NCBI RefSeq assembly: GCF_029504745.1 | Contig: NZ_JAQFIQ010000069.1 | Span: 1 to 5,706, forward strand | Reading direction: 5' to 3' | DNA: 5,706 nt | From: Breznakia sp. PF5-3 | GTDB taxonomy: Bacteria > Bacillota_I > Bacilli_A > Erysipelotrichales > Erysipelotrichaceae | Shown: piece by piece, positions 5,621 to 5,706 of the stretch | Layout of the letters: every line of letters starts with the position of its first letter | Position numbering within the stretch: the first letter of the stretch is position 1 | Position numbers and translations under genes: made by a program | The notes under the pieces: model-generated | Databases searched by the model: none | What the model was told of the DNA's origin: nothing | What the model saw: the letters and a program-made list of their open reading frames with translations, nothing else

Positions 5621-5706
5621 GTGTGCTAGGCATGGCATATATCTAGTGGTGAAAGTCCACTGTGGGGGGTGTAGTCGCTAACCCGTAGCCGAAGACAAGG
5701 GTGTCC
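5621..5706 (+). mobile_element. Group II intron, class C (IIC), 5' end of domain I; truncated by the window edge
   Basis: It starts with GUGUG (the GUGYG consensus) at 5621. From memory, it matches the 5' end of the Oceanobacillus iheyensis group IIC intron block by block: GTGTGC (5621-5626), GGCATGG (5629-5635), GGTGAAAGTCC (5648-5658, versus GGUGAGAGUCC), TAGCC (5686-5690) and CAAGGGTGTCC (5696-5706). It sits 1 nt after a terminator T-run, the characteristic IIC insertion site. Confidence 0.8.

Noticed and set aside
5182-5638. Two minus-strand ORFs (5182-5451 and 5351-5638, 89 and 95 aa)
   Set aside because: They run antisense through the consensus promoter and the T-box leader, whose conserved RNA elements explain this region. 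The ORFs also overlap each other.
5643-5668. GGTGAAAGTCC hairpin resembling the conserved core of a cobalamin riboswitch
   Set aside because: The flanking context (GUGUGC start, GGCATGG, TAGCC, CAAGGGTGTCC) matches the domain I 5' region of group IIC introns instead. No B12 box is visible.
1-5706. CRISPR arrays, IS elements or transposase genes, tRNA or rRNA genes
   Set aside because: I saw no regularly spaced direct repeats, no terminal inverted repeats flanking an ORF, and no tRNA-like or rRNA-like sequence. The only mobile element supported is the group IIC intron fragment.

Overview
AT-rich DNA (about 30% GC by eye) that looks like Bacillota. Every gene I can support is on the + strand. 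Positions 178-5258 form a compact bacteriocin production and export module. It contains: (1) a 54-aa two-TM ORF below the ORF-track cutoff (178-342); (2) a C39-peptidase/ABC bacteriocin exporter (407-2617); (3) a 160-aa soluble protein of unknown function (2610-3092), translationally coupled to both neighbours; (4) an HlyD-type accessory protein (3079-4311); (5) a 95-aa leader-bearing, Trp-rich, cationic peptide (4367-4654); (6) a second untracked 56-aa two-TM ORF (4665-4835) ending in a terminator; (7) a 112-aa paralogue of the first peptide (4920-5258). I do not recognise the two peptides as any bacteriocin family I know. Together with the 160-aa protein they are the best candidate for something undescribed. 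Positions 5323-5706 are an unrelated unit. It has a consensus TTGACA-17-TATAAT promoter and a complete T-box leader whose specifier reads CAC (His). Immediately after that leader's terminator T-run comes the 5' end of a group IIC (class C) group II intron, which runs off the window. All homology statements are by-eye motif recognition; no searches were run.
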